From an uncultured delta proteobacterium (GTDB lineage: Bacteria; Desulfobacterota; Binatia; UBA9968), in contig CAVTUQ010000038.1 in the NCBI GenBank assembly GCA_963737905.1, positions 32,001 to 96,000 on the forward strand: DNA of 64,000 nucleotides, read 5' to 3'. The notes under the pieces are model-generated. The model saw only the letters and a list, made by a program, of their open reading frames with translations, searched no databases and was not told where the DNA came from. Positions within the stretch are counted from its first letter, which is position 1; the number at the start of each line of letters is the position of its first letter. Of this stretch, positions 20,208 through 31,422 are shown in pieces. The translations under genes were made by a program, and so were the position numbers.

Positions 20208-20316
20208 GCGACGACGCTACGGTCGCCGAGAGCTTGCCCGGCTTGGCAGAAGTGTGGTACGCATCTCGTTAGCTCCAATGAAGAGTCTCTCTGCCAAAGA
20301 ATAGGAGGAATGAATT

Positions 20317-20565
20317 ATGAGTATAATCGGGTGGATCATATTCGGTTTGATTGTTGGAATCATCGCCAAATTTCTTATGCCGGGCCGCGACCCCGGCGGA
20401 TTTATCATTACAACTCTACTCGGTATTGCCGGTGCTCTCGTGGGTGGATTCCTGGGTCGCTTTTTGGGGCTCTATGGCGAAGGGGATCAGGCTGGATACA
20501 TTATGGCAGTCGTGGGATCGATCGTCTTGCTTTTGATTTATCGCATGGCGTCGCGCCACGCATGA
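20317..20565 (+). CDS. GlsB/YeaQ/YmgE family stress-response membrane protein
   Basis: IIGWIIFGLIVGIIAKFLMPG...LGIAGALVGG; GGAGG RBS. Confidence 0.9.
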   Translation: MSIIGWIIFGLIVGIIAKFLMPGRDPGGFIITTLLGIAGALVGGFLGRFLGLYGEGDQAGYIMAVVGSIVLLLIYRMASRHA

Positions 20566-20598
20566 TTTCGACGCAATTTTTCCACTGCAAGAGGGGAG

Positions 20599-21348
20599 TT
20601 ACGGCTGTTTTATCAAACCGTTTAGCGGAGTCTGTGATACCTCGACCTTGCCGTGTACACATAGTCGAACAACGTTAACAGTCCCGGCGTACTCCGGCGA
20701 ACCCGAATAATAGGCGCTCACGTCGCCATTTCCTACCGGCGTCGCCTGATTCCAATGCCCAAGGGCGATATAATCGGAGCCGGTTGCAATCAGTTCTTCG
20801 CGATGAATGAGCCAAGAGCCGATCAACCGGTTCGGGTCCCTTGCTTCGTCGACATAATGACCGTGGGCGGCGGCGAGCTGCCATCGGGTGGATCGCGGCC
20901 TTGGATCCGCGAGCGGCGACATGTCGGCATAGTCGAGATGGGCCCGCCCCCAGATCTCGAGTTCAAATTCGGAAAAAGTCACGGCTCCATCGACATTGAG
21001 TCCTAAGATTCGGACATTCGGAATATTGGCGAGTCCGCCTCTTCGATACACTGAGTCAGGAGTGAGCGGGTCATGGTTTCCGGGGAGAATGACAATGGAA
21101 TTCCGGTAGTCGCGCATCATTTGAGCGGCGCGCTCCAGCAATTCGAGAGGTTGGCGATGATTGTCGAATGTATCCCCCGCTAACAGGACAACGTCAGCAC
21201 GTACCGCCTTTGCCGTAGCCAAAACCTTAGGAAGCACTGCAAGAGAATCGGAGTTGCTGAAGCTGTCATCTACGCCGAGGTGCAGATCCGAGCTGTGAAC
21301 GATAACCGCTTCTGGGTAAGGAGTCATGGTCAATGGATCCCGGAGCAA
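20599..21348 (-). CDS. Calcineurin-like metallophosphoesterase, SbcD/Mre11-like nuclease domain only
   Basis: SDLHLG, AGDTFD, PGNHD, AHG, YIALGHW, YSGSPE. Confidence 0.85.
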   Translation of the reverse strand: MLRDPLTMTPYPEAVIVHSSDLHLGVDDSFSNSDSLAVLPKVLATAKAVRADVVLLAGDTFDNHRQPLELLERAAQMMRDYRNSIVILPGNHDPLTPDSVYRRGGLANIPNVRILGLNVDGAVTFSEFELEIWGRAHLDYADMSPLADPRPRSTRWQLAAAHGHYVDEARDPNRLIGSWLIHREELIATGSDYIALGHWNQATPVGNGDVSAYYSGSPEYAGTVNVVRLCVHGKVEVSQTPLNGLIKQP

Positions 21349-21402
21349 GTGGGCTTAAGCTAGCAAATGTGCCCACAAAAGGAAAGCCGAACTAAGAAAC
21401 AG

Positions 21403-21432
21403 AAAAGGGCCGTTGGGAACGGCCCTTTTTTT
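21403..21432. terminator. Rho-independent terminator (bidirectional)
   Basis: aaaagggccgtt-ggg-aacggccc-ttttttt, a perfect hairpin flanked by A and T tracts. Confidence 0.8.
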
Positions 21433-21473
21433 CGAGCCTTGGCGGGAAAGAGCTCGAAAAGCCCTGTGGCGAA

Positions 21474-21770
21474 TTATTTGGTCTTCGTCTTAGTGGCGGC
21501 TTTCGTTTTTCCGGCGTCTTTGACTTCGACGCTGGACGCGGTCATCTTGTAATGGACAGTAACCTTGGAGCCTTTCTTGAGTTCGCCGTCAACTTTAGTG
21601 TTTTTATCGCGGCCGATCTCCCATTTCTCTTTGCCCTTCTCAACAGTAATCATATCATCGGCTACGTCGAGAACAGGGCCGGTAACTTGATAGTCCTTGG
21701 GTCCGGCAGCGATGGCTACCGAAGTCAGTAAGAAAACAGCCGCAAACATGCTCAGAATACGCTGCGTCAT
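21474..21770 (-). CDS. Small secreted OB-fold-like protein
   Basis: Signal peptide (AIA-A), YQVTGPV...KGSKVTVHY; AGGAGG RBS. Confidence 0.75.
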   Translation of the reverse strand: MTQRILSMFAAVFLLTSVAIAAGPKDYQVTGPVLDVADDMITVEKGKEKWEIGRDKNTKVDGELKKGSKVTVHYKMTASSVEVKDAGKTKAATKTKTK

Positions 21771-22142
21771 AAATCCTCCTTTAAAAAAATTGATTTTCCC
21801 TGGCAAAGAATCGTCCCGCCTGTCCACCACGACCCGATTGCTTGGTTCTTGAAAATTTGGCCGAACGCTGCCGATGCTACTTCAAATGGGGTCCTATTTA
21901 CAAACACGAATTTCTGCAAATTAAATTAGGTACGGTTCTTTAACGCTGAAGGGAGTGAATCTGTTGAGATCGGATTTTGTACCGCCCTCCGCTCGACACC
22001 ATGCCTCGTTCGTTCCTGATGCCTTAGACATGTGAAGTTTGGCTTTAATTCACGCTGCGCCTGGTTTATATATTAACTACTTGATTTTATCGACTATTTT
22101 CTAAGCGCTGCAAAGGACTGAGTTATTGATAAATAAAGGAGG

Positions 22143-23600
22143 GTGCCTATGCCAGAAGGGCTGCCCATCGCAAAAGGAAACCTAGATCACCTGTTACTGC
22201 CGCGAATGGTCAATCGCCACGGTCTCATTGCCGGTGCCACCGGAACAGGAAAGACCGTCACCTTGCGGATCATCGCGGAGAATCTAAGCCGTATCGGAGT
22301 TCCGGTTTTCATGGCTGACGTGAAGGGAGACCTATCGGGCATCGCCCATCCAGGGCAAGAGAGCCCAAAAATCGCGGAACGTGTCTCAAAGCTCGGAGTC
22401 GAGAACTTCCAGTACGCGGGCTACCCGACCGTTTTTTGGGATCTTTACGGCCAGCAGGGCCATCCCGTGCGGACGACTATTTCTGACATGGGGCCCCTGC
22501 TGATGGCGCGGTTACTCAATCTCAATGAAACGCAAAGCGGGGTACTGACTCTGGCTTTTAAGATTGCCGACGACAATGGTCTCTTGCTTCTCGATCTCAA
22601 AGACCTGCGCGCGATGCTGCAGCATGTCGGCGACAACGCGGCTCAATTCAAAACCCAATACGGCAACGTCTCGACGGCCAGCATCGGCGCTATCCAGCGC
22701 GCGTTGTTGGCGCTCGAAGAGCAGGGAGCGGATAACTTCTTTGGCGAACCAGCGCTCGATCTCGACGACATGATGCAGACGGATACGAAGGGACGCGGTG
22801 TCGTCAACATTCTCGTCGCCGATAAACTCATCAATGCGCCTAAACTCTACGCCACGTTCCTGCTTTGGATGCTGGCCGAGCTCTTCGAGCGCTTGCCGGA
22901 GGTCGGCGATCCGGAGAAACCCAAGCTGGTGTTCTTTTTCGATGAAGCGCACTTGCTTTTCGACGATGCGCCCAAAGCTTTGCTGGAAAAAATTGAACAG
23001 GTGGTGAGGTTAATCCGTTCCAAGGGAATCGGCGTTTATTTCGTCACGCAAAACCCGCTCGACGTGCCGGATGTGGTTCTTGGACAGCTGGGCAACCGCG
23101 TACAGCACGCACTCCGCGCCTTCACGCCGCGTGATCAGAAGGCCGTCAAAGCGGCGGCGCAAACGTTCCGACAGAATCCAAAACTTGATGTCGAAGCGGC
23201 CATCACTGAGCTCGGTGTCGGCGAAGCGCTGGTTTCGTTCCTCGACGAGAAGGGACGGCCGAGTATCGTTGACCGCGCGTTGATCTATCCGCCGCAAAGC
23301 CAACTGCCGCCGCTCTCACCGGCGGAGCGCGAGAACATCATCAAACAGTCGAGCATCTTCGGCCATTACGAAAAAGTCGTCGATCGGGAATCAGCCTACG
23401 AAATGTTGAAGGGGCGTGCGCCGCAAGCAGAGAAATCGACAACACCAGCAGGAAAGACCTGGCAGTCGGAAGTCGCAGGCACTCTCAGTGCTGTAGGCAA
23501 AAGCGCGGCGCGCGCTATGGGAACTCAGGTCGGGCGGGAGATCATGCGCGGCGTTTTAGGGTCGATATTTGGAAGCACTACGACACGGCGAAGGCGTTAG
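22143..23600 (+). CDS. HerA-like P-loop ATPase, DUF853/YjgR family
   Basis: [51 protein letters not shown]. Confidence 0.92.
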   Translation: MPMPEGLPIAKGNLDHLLLPRMVNRHGLIAGATGTGKTVTLRIIAENLSRIGVPVFMADVKGDLSGIAHPGQESPKIAERVSKLGVENFQYAGYPTVFWDLYGQQGHPVRTTISDMGPLLMARLLNLNETQSGVLTLAFKIADDNGLLLLDLKDLRAMLQHVGDNAAQFKTQYGNVSTASIGAIQRALLALEEQGADNFFGEPALDLDDMMQTDTKGRGVVNILVADKLINAPKLYATFLLWMLAELFERLPEVGDPEKPKLVFFFDEAHLLFDDAPKALLEKIEQVVRLIRSKGIGVYFVTQNPLDVPDVVLGQLGNRVQHALRAFTPRDQKAVKAAAQTFRQNPKLDVEAAITELGVGEALVSFLDEKGRPSIVDRALIYPPQSQLPPLSPAERENIIKQSSIFGHYEKVVDRESAYEMLKGRAPQAEKSTTPAGKTWQSEVAGTLSAVGKSAARAMGTQVGREIMRGVLGSIFGSTTTRRRR

Positions 23601-23626
23601 CTGCATGTTGTCTCGCGGTTGTACGT

Positions 23627-24799
23627 TTACGGTCGCTCCAGTGATAGCGACTCGTAGGTTGTGTCCCCGCGAACAGCATATACGGGAACCAGCGCTTGTC
23701 GCGCCTGAATCGTTCCTTTTTGAGAATCCACGGCTTTCCACTCGCGCTCTTCGAGGCGCAAAACAGAAATATCAGCAGGGCAACCGACGCGGATAAAACC
23801 AAGTTCGGCGCTTCGGCCCAGGAGCTTGGCTGCATTCACCGTTGCCATCTCGACCACTTGGTTCAACGAAAACCCGAGAGCCATCAACTTAGCCATCGTT
23901 GTCGGCAAATCGTAGACAGGACCCGCTCGGTTACCTCGGTGGCCGTCGGTGGAGACGCCGTCCGGGAAAAGTTCTTGATCGAGAACTTTTCGCGCGACGT
24001 CGAAATTTAGATTGTGCAGTCCGTGGCCCACGTCCATAAGGACGCCGGACTCCTTGGCATCGCGCACCTGCGGCCAGAGCTTGCCGTTCGGATCCAGCAA
24101 CCCGCCAGGGTGAGCAGTAAACATATGGGTTACGATATCTCCCTCCCGCAAATATTTGAGCACGTCGCCGATCGGGGGCGGTGTTGCGTCTTTGGTCCAG
24201 CTCTCGCCGATATGGACCAGGAGCGGGATCTTCAGGTTGTCGCCGAGCTTTCGTGCCCGTGCTAGCGGTGTCAGCCCTTCTCCGCCCAGCGCCCCGCCGG
24301 TGGCCATGATCTTGATGCCGACGATGATGTCGCGATTGGCGTCCACAGCTTTTTCGATCTTATCTTCGTCGATCAGGCGCGGGTCGGCGAGGATGCTATA
24401 ACCCGGCCCGGTCACGCCGCCCAACGTGGAAAGATTGACGTAGTTGAGCACCCGTGTCTTGGCGTTTTTCGTGACGTAATTGCGAAACACTTGAAGGAGA
24501 CTATGGCCTGCGCTGCCGGCGTCCACGACCGTCGTAACCCCGGAACCGACGCCAAAAATATCGGGGTCCACACCGAAAGCGCCGAGACCGTTCATCAAAT
24601 GCAGATGAACATCGATTAGGCCCGGCGTCACAATGCAATCTTTGACGTCAACAACTGTCGCGCCTTCGGCCTTGAGATCCGCTCCAATGGCCTCCACAAC
24701 GCCGTCGCGGACATGAATGTCCTGCTCTCTGTCTAGGCCGCTGGCGGGGTCGAGGAGCCGGCCACGTTTGAGGATGAAGTTTCTTGATTGCCTATCCAT
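23627..24799 (-). CDS. Amidohydrolase/deacetylase family metallohydrolase (dihydroorotase-like)
   Basis: PGLIDVHLH, GVTTVVDAGSAG, IVGIK, DIVTH, DVGHG, VSTD. Confidence 0.85.
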   Translation of the reverse strand: MDRQSRNFILKRGRLLDPASGLDREQDIHVRDGVVEAIGADLKAEGATVVDVKDCIVTPGLIDVHLHLMNGLGAFGVDPDIFGVGSGVTTVVDAGSAGHSLLQVFRNYVTKNAKTRVLNYVNLSTLGGVTGPGYSILADPRLIDEDKIEKAVDANRDIIVGIKIMATGGALGGEGLTPLARARKLGDNLKIPLLVHIGESWTKDATPPPIGDVLKYLREGDIVTHMFTAHPGGLLDPNGKLWPQVRDAKESGVLMDVGHGLHNLNFDVARKVLDQELFPDGVSTDGHRGNRAGPVYDLPTTMAKLMALGFSLNQVVEMATVNAAKLLGRSAELGFIRVGCPADISVLRLEEREWKAVDSQKGTIQARQALVPVYAVRGDTTYESLSLERP

Positions 24800-24883
24800 G
24801 TTCGTATTCCCAATAACTTGACTTGCTCAAGGTGTGCAAAGCCTAGGTCGACGGGCGGTGTGACCCATTTGTTTGATCAGCAG

Positions 24884-26146
24884 CTACCCCAGAGTCCGCT
24901 TCCCGACCCATTTCTGAAGTACCTCTGGCACTGCCACAGTCCCGTCAGCCCGCTGATTTTGTTCCAGGATTGCGGGGAGTAGCCGGCTCGTTGCCAGCCC
25001 AGATGCATTCAGCGTGTGCAGATATTCCGGTCGTCCAGTGCTGCCGCGGCGAAAGCGAATACTACCGCGGCGTGCCTGATAATCCCTAGCATTGGAAGCC
25101 GAGCTCACCTCCTTGAATTCGTGCATGCTCGGTATCCATATTTCGATATCGTAAGTTCTAGCCATCGAAGCGCTCGTGTCCCCCGCTGCCAGTTTGCTCA
25201 CTCGATGATAGAGTCCCAATCCCTCAACCAATTTTTGTGCTTTGCCAACCAGTTCCTCAAAGGCCGAGTCCGATTCCTCCGGCCTTGTGAAGGCAAACAT
25301 CTCCACTTTGTTGAATTGATGTCCCCGGACACTGCCTCTCTCCTCCGTACGATAGCTTCCAGCCTCCCGCCGGTAACAAGGGGTGTAAGCAAAATATCGC
25401 TTCGGCAGTTCGTCCTCGCTCAAAATTTCGTCCCGGTGGAGGTTTATGATCGCGGTTTCGGCTGTCGGTAAAAGGAAGCTATCCTGACCCTTCAAGTGAA
25501 ACACGTCGTCAGCGAATTTGGGAAACTGGCCGGCTGTGTAGCCGCACTGATCGGTAAGAATGTGCGGCGGCAATATAAACTCGTAACCATCCGAGAGGTG
25601 TGTCTCGACGAAGTAATTAAGCAAGGCCCATTCGAGACGCGCGCCATCGCCGCGATATAACCAATATCCGCTTCCCCCGAGTTTCACGCCGCGCTCATAA
25701 TCTATTAGCCCGAGGTTCGTAGCCAACGCCACGTGATCCTCAGGTTTGAAGTCAAACTTCGGCTCTGTGCCCCAGACCGTCAATACTTGGTTACACTCCT
25801 TGCCCCCGGCAGGAACGTCCGGATCTGGGATATTCGGGAGTGCCTCCAGAAAAGACCGAATCCTTCCCTCTATGTCTTCGAGCGACCCCTCCAGCTCTTT
25901 AATCTTGCGCGACAGCTCTTTCATTTGCGCCTGGAGCTCAGTCGTATCTTCTTTTCTTTGCTTCATCGCGCCGATACGAGATGAAGTGCTGTTCCGCGTC
26001 TCGCGCAGGGTATCAATTTCGGTAATCAGGGATCGCCGATCCCGGTCCCAGGACAGGAGATCGTGAAAATCGACTTCGTCCATCCGCTTGAGCAAGGACT
26101 GACGGACTTCTTCGGGCCTTTCGCGGATCGATCGAATGTCTAGCAT
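24884..26146 (-). CDS. serS: Seryl-tRNA synthetase
   Basis: N-terminal coiled coil, LPTAET, CYRREAG, HQFNKVE, EVSSASN..DYQARR, TLNASGLA. Confidence 0.97.
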   Translation of the reverse strand: MLDIRSIRERPEEVRQSLLKRMDEVDFHDLLSWDRDRRSLITEIDTLRETRNSTSSRIGAMKQRKEDTTELQAQMKELSRKIKELEGSLEDIEGRIRSFLEALPNIPDPDVPAGGKECNQVLTVWGTEPKFDFKPEDHVALATNLGLIDYERGVKLGGSGYWLYRGDGARLEWALLNYFVETHLSDGYEFILPPHILTDQCGYTAGQFPKFADDVFHLKGQDSFLLPTAETAIINLHRDEILSEDELPKRYFAYTPCYRREAGSYRTEERGSVRGHQFNKVEMFAFTRPEESDSAFEELVGKAQKLVEGLGLYHRVSKLAAGDTSASMARTYDIEIWIPSMHEFKEVSSASNARDYQARRGSIRFRRGSTGRPEYLHTLNASGLATSRLLPAILEQNQRADGTVAVPEVLQKWVGKRTLG

Positions 26147-26343
26147 GCTGGTCTTTCCCTTTACTTTTTCAGTCGTGGGAAATAGTGGATCATCACATCT
26201 GCCTGCACCATTTCCAACGCAAAACCGCCGTGTGACTTAGCATTCACATACGGAATCGCTGTTGATACGAATGCTGTTTGTGACATGGTTCACTTGCGTC
26301 TTATTACCGGATGTAATGCGGCGACACGAACTTTATAGCAACT

Positions 26344-27096
26344 TTACCTCTTGCACACGAAATATAACCGGTTCGATTTACCGGATGGTTTCCCGCCTAG
26401 GACATCAATTACTTTAACGTTAGTGAATTGTTTTTGAAGCGCGTCTCTTACCTGCTCCACAGGAAAGGAGATTTGCTTGAGATCCTCCTCGAAGAGTTTG
26501 TACCTGCTACCGCTCTGATGTTCAAAGACCTTAACGTTCCAATTAGCGATACTCCGCCCGCCATCGGTGACTTTTACAAGCTCCAAGTTCTGGCCAAATT
26601 TACTCACCCACGTCGGCGCGTTTATCAGACGTTCCAGCTTCGGTTCGGTATTGATATCGAAAAGAAACAACCCATCCTCTTCAAGATGTCGCGCAGCGTT
26701 GCCGAATATTTTCTTCCAATCAGCAAACCTTAACACGTGGTTGATGGAGTCGAACACACAAATGATCACATCAAACTGTCTCCCAAAGTCGAAATTGATC
26801 ATGTCCTTGCGATAGAACCGCACGTGAGGCAACTTCTTGCGGGCGATCGCAAGCATCTGGTGCGATAGGTCGAGCCCGACCACGTCATAGTATTTCGCAA
26901 GAAACTTGAGAATAGCGCCGGTGCCGCAGGCTAGCTCCAACAGTGTTCTTGCCTTGGGCCTGTGCTGACGGATGAGGCGGTGAATGTAGGCTGCCATCTC
27001 CCTCCTATCTCCCATGGCGGCGTCATAGAATCTGGCTAATTTCTCGTGATTTTTCGTTGACGATTGTTTGGCTGAGGCCGAGATCTTCACTAACAC
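26344..27096 (-). CDS. Class I SAM-dependent methyltransferase
   Basis: LLELACGTG, GLDLS..ML, FDVIICVFDSINH. Confidence 0.9.
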   Translation of the reverse strand: MLVKISASAKQSSTKNHEKLARFYDAAMGDRREMAAYIHRLIRQHRPKARTLLELACGTGAILKFLAKYYDVVGLDLSHQMLAIARKKLPHVRFYRKDMINFDFGRQFDVIICVFDSINHVLRFADWKKIFGNAARHLEEDGLFLFDINTEPKLERLINAPTWVSKFGQNLELVKVTDGGRSIANWNVKVFEHQSGSRYKLFEEDLKQISFPVEQVRDALQKQFTNVKVIDVLGGKPSGKSNRLYFVCKR

Positions 27097-27109
27097 CCGG
27101 AGCCTCTTC

Positions 27110-28315
27110 TCAGTCGTCGAGCAGCCGGAGCGCCACGGCCGCGTGAAGAGCTATGCCAACGGCCATTGCATCCTCGTTTAGAATCATCTGGGGCGAGTGA
27201 ACATCTGCGACGGGACCCTGCCCCTCAGGCTGCGCTCCCAGAAAGGCCATGGCACCGGGGACACGCTGTAGGATATAGGAAAAATCTTCGCTGGGCATGA
27301 TGGGCGTCGGCAACAGTAGGAAATGATCTTTGCCCAATAGGTTCCGGCTTACCTCACCGACCGCCGTGACAACGCCGGGGTCGTTGACGACAGGAGGATA
27401 ACCAGGCTCTACGATGACTTCCGCTTCCGCTCCATGTGCGGAGGCAATGTTCGCTGCGAGTTCCCGGACCGCGCTGAATAGTTGTAAACGCGTCTCTTCC
27501 GATACTGCTCTAATCGTCCCTGTCAAAGTCGCCGCCTCCGGGATCGCGCCTAAGTCATGTGATCCGGCCTGAATAGCCGTGACTGTAACCACCGCGGGCT
27601 CGAAGGCCTTGACGCGCCGGGTGACATAGGTCTGCAGCGCAATTACGACTTCCGAGGCGATCGGAATCGGATCAACAGCATGGTGAGGCTCAGCTGGATG
27701 TCCGGCGCGCCCTTTGATAACGATCCTGAACGTGCCTGCCCCGGCCATGGTAGGTCCGGGTCGGCTAAAGACCGCGCCGCTCGGCTGCCTTGGTGTGATG
27801 TGAATAGCGAATGCGGCGTCAGGAGCGCCGTAGCGGTCGAGCAAACCTTCCTCGATCATGAGTCGTGCTCCGGCGTATCCCTCTTCTCCAGGTTGAAATG
27901 CGAAGATGACTTTGCCGACGATGTGGTCTCGATGCATGGCGAGCAGACGCGCGGCGCCAACGAGCATTGCCGTGTGAGCATCGTGACCGCACGCATGCAT
28001 CGCTCCGTCGATTTCAGAAGCGTAATCGAGACCCGTCGCTTCCAGGAGTTTCAGTGCATCCATGTCGCCCCGGAGCAGCACCGTGCGTCCGGGCGCACAA
28101 CCCTCGAGAAGGGCGATAACGGACGACAGTTGTTTTCCCGTTGCGATTTGGAGATTTAGGCCACCAAGCGCATCGATAATCGCACTTTGCGTGTGCGGGA
28201 GTGTGAGGCCTATCTCCGGACGCCGGTGGATCCGACGCCGAAGCTGGATCACATCGGGAAGAATTCTTTGTGCTTCATGGAGAAGAAGTTTAGGATCGTC
28301 CGACATTTCACTCAT
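27110..28315 (-). CDS. M20 family amidohydrolase
   Basis: RGDMDAL, MHACGHDAH, FQPGEEG, SEDFS. Confidence 0.93.
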   Translation of the reverse strand: MSEMSDDPKLLLHEAQRILPDVIQLRRRIHRRPEIGLTLPHTQSAIIDALGGLNLQIATGKQLSSVIALLEGCAPGRTVLLRGDMDALKLLEATGLDYASEIDGAMHACGHDAHTAMLVGAARLLAMHRDHIVGKVIFAFQPGEEGYAGARLMIEEGLLDRYGAPDAAFAIHITPRQPSGAVFSRPGPTMAGAGTFRIVIKGRAGHPAEPHHAVDPIPIASEVVIALQTYVTRRVKAFEPAVVTVTAIQAGSHDLGAIPEAATLTGTIRAVSEETRLQLFSAVRELAANIASAHGAEAEVIVEPGYPPVVNDPGVVTAVGEVSRNLLGKDHFLLLPTPIMPSEDFSYILQRVPGAMAFLGAQPEGQGPVADVHSPQMILNEDAMAVGIALHAAVALRLLDD

Positions 28316-28405
28316 CGCGTATCAACTTTGAATAAACATCCTCGTACTTCAGAAGCGTGATGTGGTCAATTTGATTTCACTGGCCTCTCGCGACCACTCA
28401 CACTC

Positions 28406-29167
28406 TTAGGAATTCAAAATCTGTAGTACCTGAGGATGCAGCGCCTTATTTGCCGCGACACAGGAATTGCCTTGGGATGCGTCGGTCCCAGACCATGTCG
28501 TAATCACGCCGTTTGCCCCTTGTATGACGGGAACCAACGGCAGGATATCCCATGGCTTCATCATGGGATCGAGCATGATGTCCGCCCCGCCGGAGGCAAC
28601 CAACAAATAGCCGTAACAATCCCCCCACGTGCGAAACAAGCGCGTCCGCCTCACCAGTTCTTCGAAGCCGTTTCTTTTATGGTTCCCGATATTTGCAATA
28701 TCGGTTGTTAGAAGCATTGCTTCGGATAAATGATCGATCTCTCGCAGCCGCACGATCCGACCGTTTATCGTGGTCTCCGTATTATTCCCGATACACAACT
28801 GACTGAGCACAGGATGGTGAATGGCGCCCAAAATGGGTGTCCCGCCGTGGAGCAGGCCAATCAGAGTTCCGAATAGCGGGCACCCTCTGGCAAATGAGAT
28901 AGTCCCGTCTATGGGATCCAGTGTCCAGACAAATTCCGCTGAGGCATTCTCTGGCCCAAATTCCTCGCCGAGAATTCCATGCTGCGGATACCTCTTCCGG
29001 ATCAGGTCGCGCATCACAGCTTCAGCCTGTCGATCGGCCTGAGTGACGAGGGTTTGGTCTTCCTTGATTTCTATCGCGAGGTCAGCTCTAGCAAAATAGG
29101 GTTTGATGACCTTGCCGCTTTTTTCCGCCAGTGTACAGATGAACTCAGTAAATTCTTTCGTTTGCAA
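28406..29167 (-). CDS. Inositol monophosphatase family protein (HisN-like histidinol-phosphatase)
   Basis: VTQADR, LGEEFG, WTLDPIDGT, GDCYGY, PWD. Confidence 0.85.
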   Translation of the reverse strand: MQTKEFTEFICTLAEKSGKVIKPYFARADLAIEIKEDQTLVTQADRQAEAVMRDLIRKRYPQHGILGEEFGPENASAEFVWTLDPIDGTISFARGCPLFGTLIGLLHGGTPILGAIHHPVLSQLCIGNNTETTINGRIVRLREIDHLSEAMLLTTDIANIGNHKRNGFEELVRRTRLFRTWGDCYGYLLVASGGADIMLDPMMKPWDILPLVPVIQGANGVITTWSGTDASQGNSCVAANKALHPQVLQILNS

Positions 29168-29278
29168 AAGGAAGCCCCAGAAAAATCCTGATGGCGGCAG
29201 GCCAAGCGAAAGGCAGCCTCAGTGCGGCATCTGGCTCCCCATACTTTCGCGGGACAGTGTTTCTGCCCGGATCGGGAG

Positions 29279-29995
29279 TCAATTTCGACGGCCGCCAAGC
29301 ACCCTTAGAAGCATCAGAAACAAGTTAATGAAGTTAAGATAGAGAGAGAGGGCACCGACGACGGCATACGAACCCACGCGGTCTTCCGGCACCGTCACGG
29401 CCATCTGTTTGAGGCGCTGTGCGTCCCACGCCGTCAATCCTGTGAACACGATCACGCCGATAACGGTGATAAGGAATTGCAGAGCATCGTTGTGCCAGAA
29501 CATCCCGACGATCGAGGCGAGTATAAGACCGATCAATCCCATGAAAAAGAATTGCCCGGCGCCGGCCAGGCTGCGCTCGGTTGTCGAGCCATAGAGGGCC
29601 ATCGCACCGAACATGCCGGCGGTTACCAGGAAGGTGGTCCCAATGGACTCTCCCGTATAGAGTAAGAGGATGAAAGAGAAGATCACGCCATTCAACGCGG
29701 CGTAGACAAGGAAGAGCGTCATCGCCACGTTCGGCGCGAGCGTCTGAACCCTGGCCGAAAGATAGAAGACGAGACCAAGTTGCGCCAGGATTAGACCGAA
29801 ATAAAGCAATTGATTGGAGAAGATGTGCTGAACAAGCGCCGGCGAGCCCGCCACCGTAGACGCGACGACTGCGGTGACCGCAAGGCCGGCAAACATCCAG
29901 CCGTAGACTTTCCGAAGAAAGGCAGTAACACGCTCGGCCGAGGCCTCGGCCGTTGTCGGAAATGCCGAAGATGATCGCATATCAAACTGTGCCAT
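29279..29995 (-). CDS. Bax inhibitor-1/YccA family membrane protein
   Basis: VYGWMFAGL, GLTAWDAQRLK, GALSLYLNFINLFL. Confidence 0.92.
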   Translation of the reverse strand: MAQFDMRSSSAFPTTAEASAERVTAFLRKVYGWMFAGLAVTAVVASTVAGSPALVQHIFSNQLLYFGLILAQLGLVFYLSARVQTLAPNVAMTLFLVYAALNGVIFSFILLLYTGESIGTTFLVTAGMFGAMALYGSTTERSLAGAGQFFFMGLIGLILASIVGMFWHNDALQFLITVIGVIVFTGLTAWDAQRLKQMAVTVPEDRVGSYAVVGALSLYLNFINLFLMLLRVLGGRRN

Positions 29996-30148
29996 CTCAA
30001 ACCCTCCTTTTTGAAGGTGCAATGTACCCTACGTTGCACTCAACCAAGGAACGAACAACCGATATGAAAGATGCCTAGCACAGGATCACTGCTGGAACAA
30101 GCATGGCGTCCAACTCCACCTCTGCGAGCTCTCACGGGACGAGGTGTG

Positions 30149-31321
30149 TCATGTCGTATAGTAAGCGTTTTCCTTTATGTAGCCCTCCGTCAGATCGCAG
30201 CCCCAAACACGGGCAGAAGCTTTGCCGATGCTGAGGTCAACACTGATCATGACTTCGGACTGGCCGAGATATTTTCGCAATTCTTCGAGGTCGCAATCCA
30301 CAGGCGAGCCTTTTTTGAAAACATGGGTGTCGCCGAAACGAATCGTTACCTTGCGAGGCTCAATGCTCGGGTCAAAACTCTTCCCCACCGCCATGATCAC
30401 GCGGCCCCAATTCGGATCGCAGCCGTAGACGGCAGTCTTTACGAGCGGCGAATTAACCACCAACTTGGCGATACGTTTCGCTTGCGCGGTAGTCTTTGCA
30501 CTGTTGACGTCGACCGTGATGAGCTTGGTAGCGCCTTCGCCGCTTCGGGCAATCTCCCGCGTCAGATATTCGCTCACTTTGAGGAGCGCAGCTTCGAACT
30601 CACGCTGATTTACGGCGCCGGCAAGACCGTTCGCCATCAGAACGACGGTGTCGCTTGTGCTCGTGTCGGTGTCGATGCTCACGGCGTTGAAGGTTCGGTC
30701 AACGACTCGTTTGAGCATCGGACTCAACGACATAGCAGGTAGTTCTGCATCCGTCATGAGGTAGACAAGCATCGTCGCCATATTGGGTTCGATCATCCCG
30801 GCACCCTTGGCTATGCCTGCGATCGTCGCCGGGCCGACTTGACAAGAAAAGTATTTCGGATATTTGTCGGTGGTCATGATCGCTTCGGCAGCGAGCTTCA
30901 AATTGTTTGGCTTGAGCTCGCTTCGAATTTCCTTTAACCCAGCGCGGATTTTTTCCATCGGCAGCGGCCGACCGATAACCCCCGTAGAAAATGGCAGGAC
31001 GTCGTAGGGGCTGATGCCCAACTCCTTGCCCGCAATGCGGCAGGTCTCAATTGCGTTGTCGAGCCCCAGCTTTCCCATCGCCACGTTGGCGTTCTTGCTG
31101 TTGATCACCAGCGCCTGCACGTAACCATTGGCGATATGCTTCCGTCCAATGATGACCGGCGCGCCGGGGAAACGGTTTTTGGTAAACATCGCCGCCGCGC
31201 GAGCGCGCACGGTGGAATAGACAACGGCGAGATCGAGCGTATCGTCTTTGATGCCGACGTTTTTGGCTAGAGACAGAAAGCCTTGAGGGTGATAAGATTG
31301 GACTGATGATGTCTGCTCCAT
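30149..31321 (-). CDS. argJ: Glutamate N-acetyltransferase (ornithine acetyltransferase)
   Basis: STGVIG, IMTTD, KGAGMIEPNMATML, DTSTSD, GEGATK, DPNWGR, GCDLT. Confidence 0.95.
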   Translation of the reverse strand: MEQTSSVQSYHPQGFLSLAKNVGIKDDTLDLAVVYSTVRARAAAMFTKNRFPGAPVIIGRKHIANGYVQALVINSKNANVAMGKLGLDNAIETCRIAGKELGISPYDVLPFSTGVIGRPLPMEKIRAGLKEIRSELKPNNLKLAAEAIMTTDKYPKYFSCQVGPATIAGIAKGAGMIEPNMATMLVYLMTDAELPAMSLSPMLKRVVDRTFNAVSIDTDTSTSDTVVLMANGLAGAVNQREFEAALLKVSEYLTREIARSGEGATKLITVDVNSAKTTAQAKRIAKLVVNSPLVKTAVYGCDPNWGRVIMAVGKSFDPSIEPRKVTIRFGDTHVFKKGSPVDCDLEELRKYLGQSEVMISVDLSIGKASARVWGCDLTEGYIKENAYYTT

Positions 31322-31422
31322 TTTCTTCTTGTACTCCAAAACGGATGATGGTTTGTTTGGATATTAGCACATACCGAGAGGCTAGCGGTTTAGTCACCTA
31401 AGCAATTGCTTGCATAGCTATG

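Noticed and set aside
26147-26343. T-box riboswitch upstream of serS (also checked upstream of valS)
   Set aside because: No GGTGG.ACC.CG T-box motif or antiterminator was found on the minus strand.
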